Notes under the pieces: model-generated
The model's database searches: none
What the model saw: only the letters and a program-made list of their open reading frames with translations
Told to the model about the DNA's origin: nothing
Virus record (IMG/VR): IMGVR_UViG_3300024262_005408
Span: 1,912 to 65,911 of that record
Length of the DNA: 64,000 nt
Direction: 5' to 3' (one strand)
Source of the DNA: a virus
Taxonomy: Duplodnaviria; Caudoviricetes
Shown: positions 18,503 to 28,113 of the stretch, one piece after another
Numbering within the stretch: the first letter of the stretch is position 1
Layout of the letters: each line of letters opens with the position of its first letter
Translations under genes and position numbers: made by a program

Positions 18503-19843
18503 ATGACATCTGAACACGAGTTAATATACGAAACATATAAAATATCAAGACTCTTAAATGAAGGTGGTGCGGCCGGTCATATGGCTCACCCTTTTGATCT
18601 TCCTGACGTAAAAACAGGTAATGATTTAGAAAATAAATTTAAAGACACGGTAAAAATATTAGATAAAGAAGGTGGGTCTGTAAAAATAGATGGTACTAAT
18701 GTTAGTATTAAACTTATTCAAAACGAACACGGTCAAAGACAATTTGCTTTAGACAGAGGTTCTCAATCACAATTAGATGTAAATGGGGTTACAATAGATA
18801 AATTGCAAGATAGATTTGTTACTAAAGACGGTTCTGTGCATGGAATGATAAACGCTGGCAATACAATATTAACCATAATGAATCAATCTTTACCTGTTAT
18901 TAAACCTGAACTCGAAGAATTAGGATTATGGGACGATTCCACAAAATTTATAAATGCAGAATTTGTTCAAGGCCATACAAATGTAATTGATTATGGAGAT
19001 CAAGATTTCTTAGCATTACATGGTATAAATCAGTTTTTAGAAAAACATAATAGAGAAGGGCAATTAGTTCGCCCTGGTATACCAAGACAGGAGTTACAAA
19101 ACCCCATTACAGGTGCAACTACTTTAGAGAAAGGGTCATCGAAAGCAATACCTTTTGATCATAAAGCATTAGACGAATTAGCAAAAAAAGTAGAACCTGT
19201 AGCAAAAGAATTTAAATTTGATGTCATAACTCAAGCTGAAGTAGAAAAATCAGGAGAGCCTAATTTTAATAAAGTTTTATCAACCCCGTTTACAGTAAAT
19301 TTTGCACTGGATGAATCAGAAACAAAACCTTTAGGTACCTGGCTAAGTCATTCAGTAAATCCATATTCTTATATGTTGCAAGGTCTTGATGGAAAAAAAA
19401 TCGGCGCAGTAAGCAAACAAAATTATTTAAATGTTTTAAATGGTGAAGTTCCTTTAAACGAACTATATCAAGAAACAGATATCGAACAAGCAGTGGATGG
19501 TGCCATTATTTACCACGCCACTGTAGTAATGGGTAATGAAATAAAGAGTAACTATACTAGTAAATTGGGTGGAACAGATTCCCATGAAGGTATTGTAGTG
19601 GCGGGATCACCTCCATATAAAATAACGGGTAGTTTTATTATAGATGGAATGAATAGCAGATTTAGATCAGCTGACGAAGACGATCAATCAGCACCTAGTA
19701 TAAATTATGGTGGTGGTAAAATGGAATACCCTAATGCTCAAAGTGTTAATTATGCAGCAAGTTCTAAAGACCCCGGTGGTACCCCATATTCTAAGTATCC
19801 TGGCCCCGGTAAAGCAGTCGGTGGTAATGCCAATAGATCATAA
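18503..19843 (+). CDS. ATP-dependent ligase-like nucleotidyltransferase (RNA/DNA ligase fold)
   Basis: Motif I VKIDG, III NAEFV, IIIa FLALHGI, IV EGIVV, V YKITG; N-terminal GGAAGHMAHPFD. Confidence 0.6.
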   Translation: MTSEHELIYETYKISRLLNEGGAAGHMAHPFDLPDVKTGNDLENKFKDTVKILDKEGGSVKIDGTNVSIKLIQNEHGQRQFALDRGSQSQLDVNGVTIDKLQDRFVTKDGSVHGMINAGNTILTIMNQSLPVIKPELEELGLWDDSTKFINAEFVQGHTNVIDYGDQDFLALHGINQFLEKHNREGQLVRPGIPRQELQNPITGATTLEKGSSKAIPFDHKALDELAKKVEPVAKEFKFDVITQAEVEKSGEPNFNKVLSTPFTVNFALDESETKPLGTWLSHSVNPYSYMLQGLDGKKIGAVSKQNYLNVLNGEVPLNELYQETDIEQAVDGAIIYHATVVMGNEIKSNYTSKLGGTDSHEGIVVAGSPPYKITGSFIIDGMNSRFRSADEDDQSAPSINYGGGKMEYPNAQSVNYAASSKDPGGTPYSKYPGPGKAVGGNANRS

Positions 19844-19854
19844 TAACTAATTAT

Positions 19855-21141
19855 GTGGCTCATACGCCTTTTGTAAAATATCATCCTAGAGTTGGCCAAT
19901 TCCATGCACCTGATTGTACTATATTTAACTATGATACGATTTATCTGTTAACAGATTCTGGACCTGTTGTGTATGAACACAGTATGGGGGGTTATATTGC
20001 TCCCGAATTAGGGGGTAGAATACATGAAATAGATTGGTATTTTTTTATTAAAGAAATAAAAAAACTAAAACCAAAAATTATTATAATACCTGAATGTTAT
20101 GTCAATGGGCACTACCCGGAAATTAAATCTAAAATAGAAAACGAAATACGTGATGAAGGTTTTGATGAAAACAATATTTGGGTATATTTACAAAAGGAAG
20201 AAAATTTTTATTTTGGAGAACAAAATGTAGAACCCGATTGGTTTTATACTAGTGAACCGGTATATAAAAATCTTATATGTCATACCATCGGCCATGCTGT
20301 TCCTAAAAAAGACAAAAAATATTATCCTCGCTTTAATGAAATAAGATTTTGTAAGCAAGGGTTTATGTGTGAAAGCTTCTTTAAATTATATTCATTAAGA
20401 AATTCTACCCCTGAAATGCAAGTAGAAAAAAGAAAAAATGTAAATTTAAAACCTGGTCATTTTGTATTTTATGGAGGGCAAAGTACTAGTAATAGACCTA
20501 TTGTATTCCAAGCAATTAATGCAAGTAAAAAATTAAGTTTTGAAATAATAACATACCAAAATGAAAATTTAACTGATTTAATTTTAGATAGGAAAGGTAT
20601 TGGTTTATCGTTAGATGGTTTGGTCTTTAACACGATTCGTGATACTGAATTTGGTGTAAATGCCGTACCGTCCATAAAAATAACCAGAGCCCCTAGTGAT
20701 ATAATTGAAAAAAATAACGTAAATCTTTGGAGATCTAGATACTGGAAACAAATACCACCTTCATTAGTACCTTCTGATTATCAAAGAAATAAGGTTAAGA
20801 AAAAATTAGAAATCGCGTATGAAGAATATATGGATAGTGTATATGATAATGAAAAAAGAGCTTTACTAAATCTACGTTATCAATTTTTTATTAATATATT
20901 GCAAAAATTTTATAATATAGAACTATTTCTATTTGATATACTTTTTGGAGAAGACCTTGAAGATTTTATTCGAACCTTTCCACTAAATCCTGACTTTTCT
21001 ATTTTTAAATATGCGGCTAAGCCTGAATTTGTAAACACTAATAATAGGGATGAAATGTGCGTTGATTATATACAAGAAGTTCTAAAATTATTTGATAAAC
21101 GTTTCGAACACAAATACAAAGAGTTTTTATCTAAATATTAA
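19855..21141 (+). CDS. Hypothetical protein, possibly glycosyltransferase-related
   Basis: FVFYGG...R and GIGLSLDG...RDTEFG segments loosely resemble GT-B/exostosin C-terminal motifs. Confidence 0.4.
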   Translation: MAHTPFVKYHPRVGQFHAPDCTIFNYDTIYLLTDSGPVVYEHSMGGYIAPELGGRIHEIDWYFFIKEIKKLKPKIIIIPECYVNGHYPEIKSKIENEIRDEGFDENNIWVYLQKEENFYFGEQNVEPDWFYTSEPVYKNLICHTIGHAVPKKDKKYYPRFNEIRFCKQGFMCESFFKLYSLRNSTPEMQVEKRKNVNLKPGHFVFYGGQSTSNRPIVFQAINASKKLSFEIITYQNENLTDLILDRKGIGLSLDGLVFNTIRDTEFGVNAVPSIKITRAPSDIIEKNNVNLWRSRYWKQIPPSLVPSDYQRNKVKKKLEIAYEEYMDSVYDNEKRALLNLRYQFFINILQKFYNIELFLFDILFGEDLEDFIRTFPLNPDFSIFKYAAKPEFVNTNNRDEMCVDYIQEVLKLFDKRFEHKYKEFLSKY

Positions 21142-21144
21142 TAC

Positions 21145-21765
21145 ATGAAGCTGTTTAGCCAATATTTTTACAACGAACAGGTAATACCAGATAAAGAAGT
21201 TAATTCTCGTACTGTAGCTTTGGTTCCTGGTAGCTTTAAACCCCCACATAAAGGTCACTTTGAAATGTTTAAATACTATGCTAATAAAGCAGACAGAGTA
21301 ATTGTTGTTATTAGTGACCCTCAAAATCCAAAAAGTATAAGAACAACACCAGAAGGTAAATATATACCTGCTAAAACAGCAAAAGAGATTTTTGAACTTT
21401 ATGCTAAAAATGAAAATGTTCGAAATATTACTTTTGTAACTGACCCGTCACCCGTAAAATTCGTTTATGATTATTTTGCAGAAAGAACTCAACCAGGTGA
21501 TAAAGTTATTTTAGGTGTCGGTGGGAAAGGTGAAGATGCAGCACGTTATAAAAATGCAGCTAAATATGCCCCTGAGGGTGTAGAATTAGATATAGATGTT
21601 TTTGCTCCAGTTGGGGGAGATTCACCAATTAGCGCATCTGATATACGTAACAAATTAGATGCTTTAACAATAGAAGACTTATTACCTTATATTCCTGACA
21701 GACTTAGAGACAATGAAGCTGTCGTAAATGCCGTATATAATGCATTGACAACTCTTCCAGAGTAA
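21145..21765 (+). CDS. HxGH-family cytidylyl/adenylyltransferase with capsid-targeting-like N-terminus
   Basis: PGSFKPPHKGH, ISASDIR; MKLFSQYFYNE leader; TAAATA at 21132. Confidence 0.85.
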   Translation: MKLFSQYFYNEQVIPDKEVNSRTVALVPGSFKPPHKGHFEMFKYYANKADRVIVVISDPQNPKSIRTTPEGKYIPAKTAKEIFELYAKNENVRNITFVTDPSPVKFVYDYFAERTQPGDKVILGVGGKGEDAARYKNAAKYAPEGVELDIDVFAPVGGDSPISASDIRNKLDALTIEDLLPYIPDRLRDNEAVVNAVYNALTTLPE

Positions 21766-21777
21766 TTAAATTAATTT

Positions 21778-22413
21778 GTGCATGTAAATCATAAACGAAA
21801 AGCACTGTTCTTCCATGTACCAAAAACCGGCGGGACAGCAATTCATACTGCTTTTAGTGCCCATACAATTACAACTAAAGACAAATGGGAATTTTATTTA
21901 GGTATGCACGGAAATTTTACTGATTTAAAATACGGACCCGGTACTAAAAAAGTATTTGATAAGTTAATAAAATATTGGAAATTCTGTTTTGTGCGAAATC
22001 CTTGGTCTCATGCTGTAAGTTTGTATTTTAATTTGATAGACTTAGATAGGTGGGTAAAAGAAGAACATCCAGAACCTATAGAAAATTATAAAAATTTTAA
22101 ATGGTTTTTAAAAACATATAATGGTGAAACCCCACTATATCGTCCTCAGTCTCATTACACATTTTATGATAAAGAATTTAAAATTGACAAATGGTACAAA
22201 TATGAGCAGCTTCAAGAAGCATGGGATGATATATGTGAACGATTCAAATATAAAAAATTTAAACTGCCCGTTGTTAATATAACTAAGCAAAGAAAAAATA
22301 TATTTGACATTGCTTATCCCGAAGATTATAGAACGTATTATGATGATGAGTCTATAGAATATGTGGCTAATAAATCAGAAAATGAAATACGACGATTTAA
22401 TTATCGGTTTTAG
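21778..22413 (+). CDS. Sulfotransferase family 2 protein
   Basis: FHVPKTGGT (5'-PSB), FVRNPW (3'-PB), YRTYYD...RFNYRF. Confidence 0.8.
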   Translation: MHVNHKRKALFFHVPKTGGTAIHTAFSAHTITTKDKWEFYLGMHGNFTDLKYGPGTKKVFDKLIKYWKFCFVRNPWSHAVSLYFNLIDLDRWVKEEHPEPIENYKNFKWFLKTYNGETPLYRPQSHYTFYDKEFKIDKWYKYEQLQEAWDDICERFKYKKFKLPVVNITKQRKNIFDIAYPEDYRTYYDDESIEYVANKSENEIRRFNYRF

Positions 22414-22777
22414 GATAGTCTCTAAAATCCATACCCGTATGTTTATACGCTTTTTTAATATAATCTTTAATTAACTCTTCCATACCTTGTTTTTGTAACA
22501 ACTCAGCAAAAACTTCATTTGATAATAAAAATCCCTTTATCTGTCCATATAACCTTTCTGGTGTAATATTAATATGTCTTTGCGAGAATTTAGCTTTTTT
22601 AATATACTCGTCTACAAATTGCATCATTGCATCTGTTTCATCATCTTCTGCCGGTTTTAATTGTACCATATTAGATTGAGGAAAATCTGCAAAGTCACCA
22701 GCTTGCGGGCCCATATTAAATGCTAAACCACCAGATTCCATTATTTTTTGTATTTTTAAGTCGTCTTGGTCCATCAT
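22397..22777 (-). CDS. Hypothetical protein, putative internal head protein
   Basis: Full TATAAATA at 22781..22788 on the minus strand; KIMES-GG motif. Confidence 0.55.
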   Translation of the reverse strand: MMDQDDLKIQKIMESGGLAFNMGPQAGDFADFPQSNMVQLKPAEDDETDAMMQFVDEYIKKAKFSQRHINITPERLYGQIKGFLLSNEVFAELLQKQGMEELIKDYIKKAYKHTGMDFRDYPKTDN

Positions 22778-22836
22778 TAGTATTTATATAATACGTATAT
22801 TAATAAATATAGTTAAGGACACAAACGGATAGACAA

Positions 22837-23298
22837 GTGAAAATCAATTTTAATAATAGAATAAGCAATCTCTTAAGAGAATACAATCGCGGTGTGTTAA
22901 ACATGCAAACACAAAATCAACATGGTGATACAGATGACCCCGGAGAAGATACATATACCGGCTCGGTAGATGATACCGAATCAGCTGAACCATCTGAAGA
23001 AGGTGAAGAAGGACCTGAAAGCGAAAAACAAAGAGATGTAGAGAGTTTAAAAGCCCTTCGATCTAACCCTGATAGACGTCATGCAATCGATAATTACGGT
23101 TCAGTTAAAAAATACCAAAAGATGCTTTCCAGAAAAATACATAAACTGGAGCATAAAGATCGTAACGAAGAGGATGCAGAAAGTTGGGTTGATCCGGCTC
23201 ATAAGGGTGATTGCACACCTATGTCAAAAGCGTCTTGCACCCCTCGTAGAAAAGCATTCGCAAGAAGAGCAAAAGCTGGGGATTTTAAGAAAAAGTAA
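22837..23298 (+). CDS. Hypothetical protein with acidic middle and basic Cys-containing tail
   Basis: MKINFNNRISNLLRE leader; C-terminal HKGDCTPMSKASCTPRRKAFARR. Confidence 0.55.
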   Translation: MKINFNNRISNLLREYNRGVLNMQTQNQHGDTDDPGEDTYTGSVDDTESAEPSEEGEEGPESEKQRDVESLKALRSNPDRRHAIDNYGSVKKYQKMLSRKIHKLEHKDRNEEDAESWVDPAHKGDCTPMSKASCTPRRKAFARRAKAGDFKKK

Positions 23299-23306
23299 TA
23301 GAGAAT

Positions 23307-23333
23307 AAAAAAAGGGCTTACTTTCGTAAGCCC
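23307..23333 (-). terminator. Intrinsic terminator for the porin-like gene
   Basis: GGGCTTAC-GAAA-GTAAGCCC stem with a GNRA loop, followed by T7 on the minus strand. Confidence 0.85.
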
Positions 23334-23354
23334 CTGACTTCCTAAGTTGTTTAA

Positions 23355-24035
23355 TTAGAATGCATATCTAAAACCTGTTTGAACAGTCCAGCCATCTTCA
23401 GCAACCAATGGTGTGTTATCACCATCTAAGTGGTAAACGTCCACAAAAGGTGTCCATTGACCCCAATCAAAACATAACTCGACCCCTAATTTGATATAAT
23501 CAAATTCGTCAAAGTTTCCAAAGTCAGCATAAGGCTCTATTTTGAGCTCTTCCATCAATACACCTTCAAAAGGAACAGAAATGTCAACAACTAAACCAGT
23601 ATAATCAAGTTCATGATTATCCCACAAAGTTAAACCAACATTTGCCCAATCCCCAACTACAGGTAACTGATCAAAGACCGCTCCAACACCAAGTTCAGTA
23701 CTATCAACACCAGCATTGTGATGCTGTGCTTGAACAGTACCTGTAAAAGAGAAAGAACCGAGGTCAACTCCCCTACTTAGGCCAAAAACAGTGTGATTAA
23801 CACTATCTGAACCACCAGATCTTGGAATGTTATATATAGCACCAAAACTTTGAGCAAAGCCTAAATCATGAGCTAAATTTAACCCTACACCTACCGAATC
23901 ATTAGCATAATTTAACCCCCGAATATTGTGTTCGGAAGAATAACCTAACTCTGCAGATACGCTTAATTTGTCATCAGCGACGATGTTCTGCGCCATTAAC
24001 GCAGCCGAAAAAATGAGAAATAATATCTTCTTCAT
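23355..24035 (-). CDS. Outer-membrane beta-barrel (putative porin) with signal peptide
   Basis: MKKILFLIFSAALMA signal, alternating beta-strand pattern, C-terminal GFRYAF BamA-type motif. Confidence 0.75.
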   Translation of the reverse strand: MKKILFLIFSAALMAQNIVADDKLSVSAELGYSSEHNIRGLNYANDSVGVGLNLAHDLGFAQSFGAIYNIPRSGGSDSVNHTVFGLSRGVDLGSFSFTGTVQAQHHNAGVDSTELGVGAVFDQLPVVGDWANVGLTLWDNHELDYTGLVVDISVPFEGVLMEELKIEPYADFGNFDEFDYIKLGVELCFDWGQWTPFVDVYHLDGDNTPLVAEDGWTVQTGFRYAF

Positions 24036-24038
24036 ATA

Positions 24039-24503
24039 TTGTTATTATTTATATATTTCCTTAGAAGTCAAGAAGGTCTAGAGTGGATTAAATATATTAA
24101 AAGTATTGAAGTGAACCCTTCCGCAACAGAACATTTAGAAACAGCAATAAAACAGTTAGGTACTGAATATCTTTGGGTTGCCATTGGTTTAGCTACCGTT
24201 TTCTTTTCTAAAGAATTAATAATGAATTTTATTAAAGGTATATTGGTGTTTTTAGGGTCAAATATAAGTAACGACGATATAATATATATTAGCGGCCGGC
24301 AAGCAAGAGTTGTAAGAAAGGGGTTTAAGTCAACGACGTTTTATATGACAGATAGAGCAACAAAAATGATAGTTCCTAATGAAAAATTGAAAGATTTAAC
24401 TATTGAAAAAAAATTAGCTGTTAATGGCCGGCCTTATATACCTAAAGGAAGTGAGTCTGGTTGGGTAAACCCTTCAGAACTATCAACCGCGATTGATAAA
24501 TAA
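24039..24503 (+). CDS. Truncated MscS-like mechanosensitive channel domain protein
   Basis: TM helix, then DDIIYISGRQARVVRKGFKSTTF...MIVPNEKL; true start probably near 24110. Confidence 0.6.
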   Translation: MLLFIYFLRSQEGLEWIKYIKSIEVNPSATEHLETAIKQLGTEYLWVAIGLATVFFSKELIMNFIKGILVFLGSNISNDDIIYISGRQARVVRKGFKSTTFYMTDRATKMIVPNEKLKDLTIEKKLAVNGRPYIPKGSESGWVNPSELSTAIDK

Positions 24504-24524
24504 AAGAAGACTATACATACTATT

Positions 24525-24701
24525 ATGGACACCCAAAAGCAATTAATACTAGATACAGTAGCAAATTATATTAAGAATGTAGATTTATATATGGAGAAAG
24601 ATAATAAATCTGCATCTACTAGAGCACGTAAAGCGTTGGCTGATCTCGTTAAGATATGTAGAGAAGAAAGAAAAACTATATTAGAAGCAAGAAAAAAATA
24701 A
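24525..24701 (+). CDS. Hc1-like (histone H1-like) nucleoid protein, 58 aa
   Basis: Below the ORF-track cutoff. Translates as MDTQKQLILDTVANYIKNVDLYMEKDNKSASTRARKALADLVKICREERKTILEARKK; NKSAxTRARKA is the Hc1-family core; TAATG coupling to the next gene. Confidence 0.7.
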   Translation: MDTQKQLILDTVANYIKNVDLYMEKDNKSASTRARKALADLVKICREERKTILEARKK

Positions 24702-25150
24702 TGATAAGCAATTTTTCAAAAATTTATAGAAGATTTATAGTTAATGAAATACACGTTGATAGTGATGATGTTGTTGGTCTAGTGGAAAAAATAGATATTA
24801 AAGGTATTGGTGAGGTAGACGCAAAAATTGATTCAGGTAACGGGGCGTACAACGTAATAGACGGTGAAGTTATTTCAAAAAGAGGGGATAATGTAATTAT
24901 AAAAACAATCGGAGGTAAAAAACTAAAAAAGAAAGTTGTGGATGAAGTTGTAATTCATATCGGTTCCGGGAATAAAGAACTTCGCCCGGTGGTTACCTTT
25001 GATATTAAATTGGGTGATGAAGAATATAATGATATACCTTTTTCAATAGCTGATCGTAGTGAAAATGAATACGCTGTGTTGATAGGTAAAATATTTTTAT
25101 CAAAAATAGACAAATTGATAGATGTTGATAAGCAATATGAACAAGATTAA
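24701..25150 (+). CDS. Retropepsin-like protease (putative ATP-dependent Zn protease family)
   Basis: AKIDSGN, ELRPVV, FSIADRS, VLIG. Confidence 0.8.
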   Translation: MISNFSKIYRRFIVNEIHVDSDDVVGLVEKIDIKGIGEVDAKIDSGNGAYNVIDGEVISKRGDNVIIKTIGGKKLKKKVVDEVVIHIGSGNKELRPVVTFDIKLGDEEYNDIPFSIADRSENEYAVLIGKIFLSKIDKLIDVDKQYEQD

Positions 25151-25158
25151 ATCTTGTT

Positions 25159-25896
25159 GTGATCGAAAACCACGAACTACATACTTTATTTCCCACACCG
25201 TTTTACTTTTTTACTTTAAGTGATGACTGTATAAAAAGACTAGGGGATGAAATCACTGCAGAATATAAAAAAAATTGTGATGATCCTTCAACACACAATA
25301 AAGCAGACCATTTAGTTAATGATTTAGATAGGTTAATTGGGTTTTGTAAGAATAAAGGAATAAATGTTTATCAATCTAACCCTAATTTACAGACTCGTGA
25401 AGAATTTTCTTTTTTAAATGATATTATTTTTGATGCATGTAGATTATGGGAAGAAAATACAAAGTGTAAAATACCGACGTTTGATATAAGTTTAATGTGG
25501 TCTAATATCTATAGACCAAACGGTTTTAACGCTGAGCATTTCCACCCTAACAGTTTTTTAAGTGGTATAATAGTAGTAAAAGATCCTCAAACGCGCCCAA
25601 AAGACGGGGTGATATTTAATCAATACGGCGGTACAGCATTTTATAGCCCCATTAATCAAAATTTTGTTATTCTTCCTGAAACTATAGAAGAAGGGTCCCC
25701 TTACTATACACCCACAATTAAACCAGATTTAAAAGAAGGAACGATGGTTCTCTTTCCTTCATGGTTAAGACATTCCGCGAATCCTTATATACCACACCCT
25801 GACGATGCAGATGAATATAGGGTAACGGTTTCTTTTAACGTTATGGTTAGAGGTACAATGGGAAAAGTAGATAATTTAACTCTACATGAGTATTAA
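25159..25896 (+). CDS. 2OG-Fe(II) oxygenase (TIGR02466-like)
   Basis: HFHPNSFLSG, LFPSWLRH, RVTVSFN. Confidence 0.85.
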   Translation: MIENHELHTLFPTPFYFFTLSDDCIKRLGDEITAEYKKNCDDPSTHNKADHLVNDLDRLIGFCKNKGINVYQSNPNLQTREEFSFLNDIIFDACRLWEENTKCKIPTFDISLMWSNIYRPNGFNAEHFHPNSFLSGIIVVKDPQTRPKDGVIFNQYGGTAFYSPINQNFVILPETIEEGSPYYTPTIKPDLKEGTMVLFPSWLRHSANPYIPHPDDADEYRVTVSFNVMVRGTMGKVDNLTLHEY

Positions 25897-26447
25897 TCTA
25901 ATACAAACACTTCTACTAATTTATCTATTACAGCTTGATCATTAGTGAGATCTATTCTTGTTTTTTCTTGTTCTTCTAGCTTCTCTATCTCTATAAGCCT
26001 TTCATTGCCTAAAGCTTCATAGTCACCATATACATTTTCTTCATCTATTACATCAAATGTCATATCTAATTCACCTGAACTAGTAGAGAGCGACGGTGTC
26101 CAATCTGCAATATCATGAAAAACTAGATTAAAGAGCTGCTTCGTTTCATAATCAGCTTTATTTTTACTTCTACTAACAAAATCTTCAATATCTTCTATAC
26201 TAACTTTACCTTTTAGTTGTCTAATTGGGTCGGTTAATGATCCGTAACACATAATAAACAAATATCTTTTTGTAATATTAGCACAGTCTTGAATTACAAA
26301 AAATGCAGGTTTTTGTTTAATTACAATTCCTGTTTCGGGATCTTTTGCCGCTTTATGTGCCGGTCCCCATAAATTTTTCTCTCTTAAAGTGCATACTTTT
26401 AAAACAGCTTTCTCAAATCCATATTGGTCTTCTTTTTTCTTTGCCAC
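25893..26447 (-). CDS. Hypothetical protein
   Basis: 184 aa ORF; TAAATA 5 nt before GTG. Confidence 0.6.
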   Translation of the reverse strand: MAKKKEDQYGFEKAVLKVCTLREKNLWGPAHKAAKDPETGIVIKQKPAFFVIQDCANITKRYLFIMCYGSLTDPIRQLKGKVSIEDIEDFVSRSKNKADYETKQLFNLVFHDIADWTPSLSTSSGELDMTFDVIDEENVYGDYEALGNERLIEIEKLEEQEKTRIDLTNDQAVIDKLVEVFVLD

Positions 26448-26492
26448 TATATTATTTAGTTATATTAGTCAAGGTGTCAATTAAATATTTAT

Positions 26493-26846
26493 GTGCACAA
26501 ACACCCTGTTGGAACTACAGTAGAACTTCTACAAGATGAAAGTAGTAAGGTAAGAGATGCATATACAGCATCCCTTCGTATGCAGCTAGCTGCAGCACAA
26601 GAGAAAGACCCAACTGGGACAATTCAAACTAATCCAGCTGGGTTATTAGAAGCAACATTAATATCGGAACCAAAAATGAACCCAAAAGATAATGTTTGGG
26701 TGTATTGGGCAAATATTATAGGAACAAATATAGACGTACCTTTAAGACAAGATCGGTTTAATATAATTTCTTTTACTGAAGACGTATATGTTGGGTATAA
26801 TAAATTACCTAATTTTAAGAGTTACATTGAATTTACAAAATGGTAA
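26493..26846 (+). CDS. Hypothetical protein
   Basis: 117 aa ORF; TAAATA 5 nt before GTG. Confidence 0.55.
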   Translation: MHKHPVGTTVELLQDESSKVRDAYTASLRMQLAAAQEKDPTGTIQTNPAGLLEATLISEPKMNPKDNVWVYWANIIGTNIDVPLRQDRFNIISFTEDVYVGYNKLPNFKSYIEFTKW

Positions 26847-27466
26847 AATTCAGCTCTTGTTTTTTCATCATCATAAAAAGAACCACTTAATTTAGATGTT
26901 TTCATCTCACAACCATCGTGCTTAACCCCTCTTAAACATGCACATGTATGCTGAGCAGTAATTACAACCGCTACACCAGCATTTTTTTCACATATATCAT
27001 TTATTGCATTATGTACTTGCACAGTAAACATTTCTTGAATTTGAGGTCTTCTTGCATAATATTCAACAATTCGGTTAAGTTTACTAAGACCAATAACTCT
27101 ACCGTCCAGACTCGGGATGTAAGCAACGTGAGCTTTGCCAGTAAATGGTAAATGGTGATGACTACAAAGACTTTTTACTGGAATACCTCCTTGAAATACA
27201 ATACCATCATAACCATCTGATGGAAATGATGTTACCTTTGGTGGTTTTGTATAACAACCAACAGCCATATCATTAACAAAAGCTTTTGCAACTCTCATCG
27301 GGGTATTATCACTATTTGGATCGTTTCTCCAATCAAAACCCAACGCATCTAGATATGCTTCATACGCTTTTGATGCTTTGTTAATTATTCGCTCTCTTTC
27401 TTCTTTTGTTCTTGGAGCTGAACTATTTGCAGTTGGTAATAAAAATTCTTTTACTCTTTCAGACAT
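26822..27466 (-). CDS. folE: GTP cyclohydrolase I
   Basis: TPMRVAK, SLCSHHHLPF, GLSKLNR, RPQIQE, HTCACLRGV. Confidence 0.95.
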   Translation of the reverse strand: MSERVKEFLLPTANSSAPRTKEERERIINKASKAYEAYLDALGFDWRNDPNSDNTPMRVAKAFVNDMAVGCYTKPPKVTSFPSDGYDGIVFQGGIPVKSLCSHHHLPFTGKAHVAYIPSLDGRVIGLSKLNRIVEYYARRPQIQEMFTVQVHNAINDICEKNAGVAVVITAQHTCACLRGVKHDGCEMKTSKLSGSFYDDEKTRAEFYHFVNSM

Positions 27467-27474
27467 ATAAAAAT

Positions 27475-27502
27475 ATTATATGATCTTTACTTTTAGATTC
27501 AA
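27475..27502 (-). promoter_or_regulatory. Sigma70-like promoter TTGAAT-16-TATAAT, 8 nt before the folE ATG
   Basis: Read directly from the minus strand. Confidence 0.7.
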
Positions 27503-27516
27503 CATTTAAATATAAT

Positions 27517-28113
27517 ATGCCTTTCATTCATGAGCACGATCTGTTATTTGTTCATATCCCCAAAACTGGTGGTACATCAATTGAAAAAAAATTTCATTTA
27601 GATCACTCTTATTCTAACTGCTATCGGCATGATGAATTGCTCTTTCCAGCAAAAAATACAATGTTTTCCCCACAACATTATACTCCAGATATAATAAAAG
27701 ATTTGTATAAAAATTGGTTTAATAATTATAAAAAATTTACAATTGTTAGAAACCCTTATACTAGATCTATTTCTGAATATTTTTTTAGGAACAATGTTTC
27801 AACATTTAATGACGACGATTTTTACATATGGATTTGTAAATTTTGTATAACAGGCTATTTATCAGATCATGTATTACCACAAAGTGATTATTTTATAGGA
27901 GCGGAATATGATTATGTTTTAAAGTTTGAATCGTTAAATGATGATTTTAAAAACATGTGTGTAGAATTAGGTATTGACCCTGAATTAGGTCATCATAATA
28001 AGTCAGCGGTTAACTGTGGTAGCTGCGTGGATAAATTATCACAAAAATCCATAGAAACCATAAACAAAAAATATACAGATGATTTTACGAATTTTGGCTA
28101 TAAATTTAAATAA
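27517..28113 (+). CDS. Sulfotransferase family 2 protein; paralog of 21778..22413
   Basis: VHIPKTGGTS, IVRNPYTR, PQSDY, DFTNFGY. Confidence 0.8.
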   Translation: MPFIHEHDLLFVHIPKTGGTSIEKKFHLDHSYSNCYRHDELLFPAKNTMFSPQHYTPDIIKDLYKNWFNNYKKFTIVRNPYTRSISEYFFRNNVSTFNDDDFYIWICKFCITGYLSDHVLPQSDYFIGAEYDYVLKFESLNDDFKNMCVELGIDPELGHHNKSAVNCGSCVDKLSQKSIETINKKYTDDFTNFGYKFK

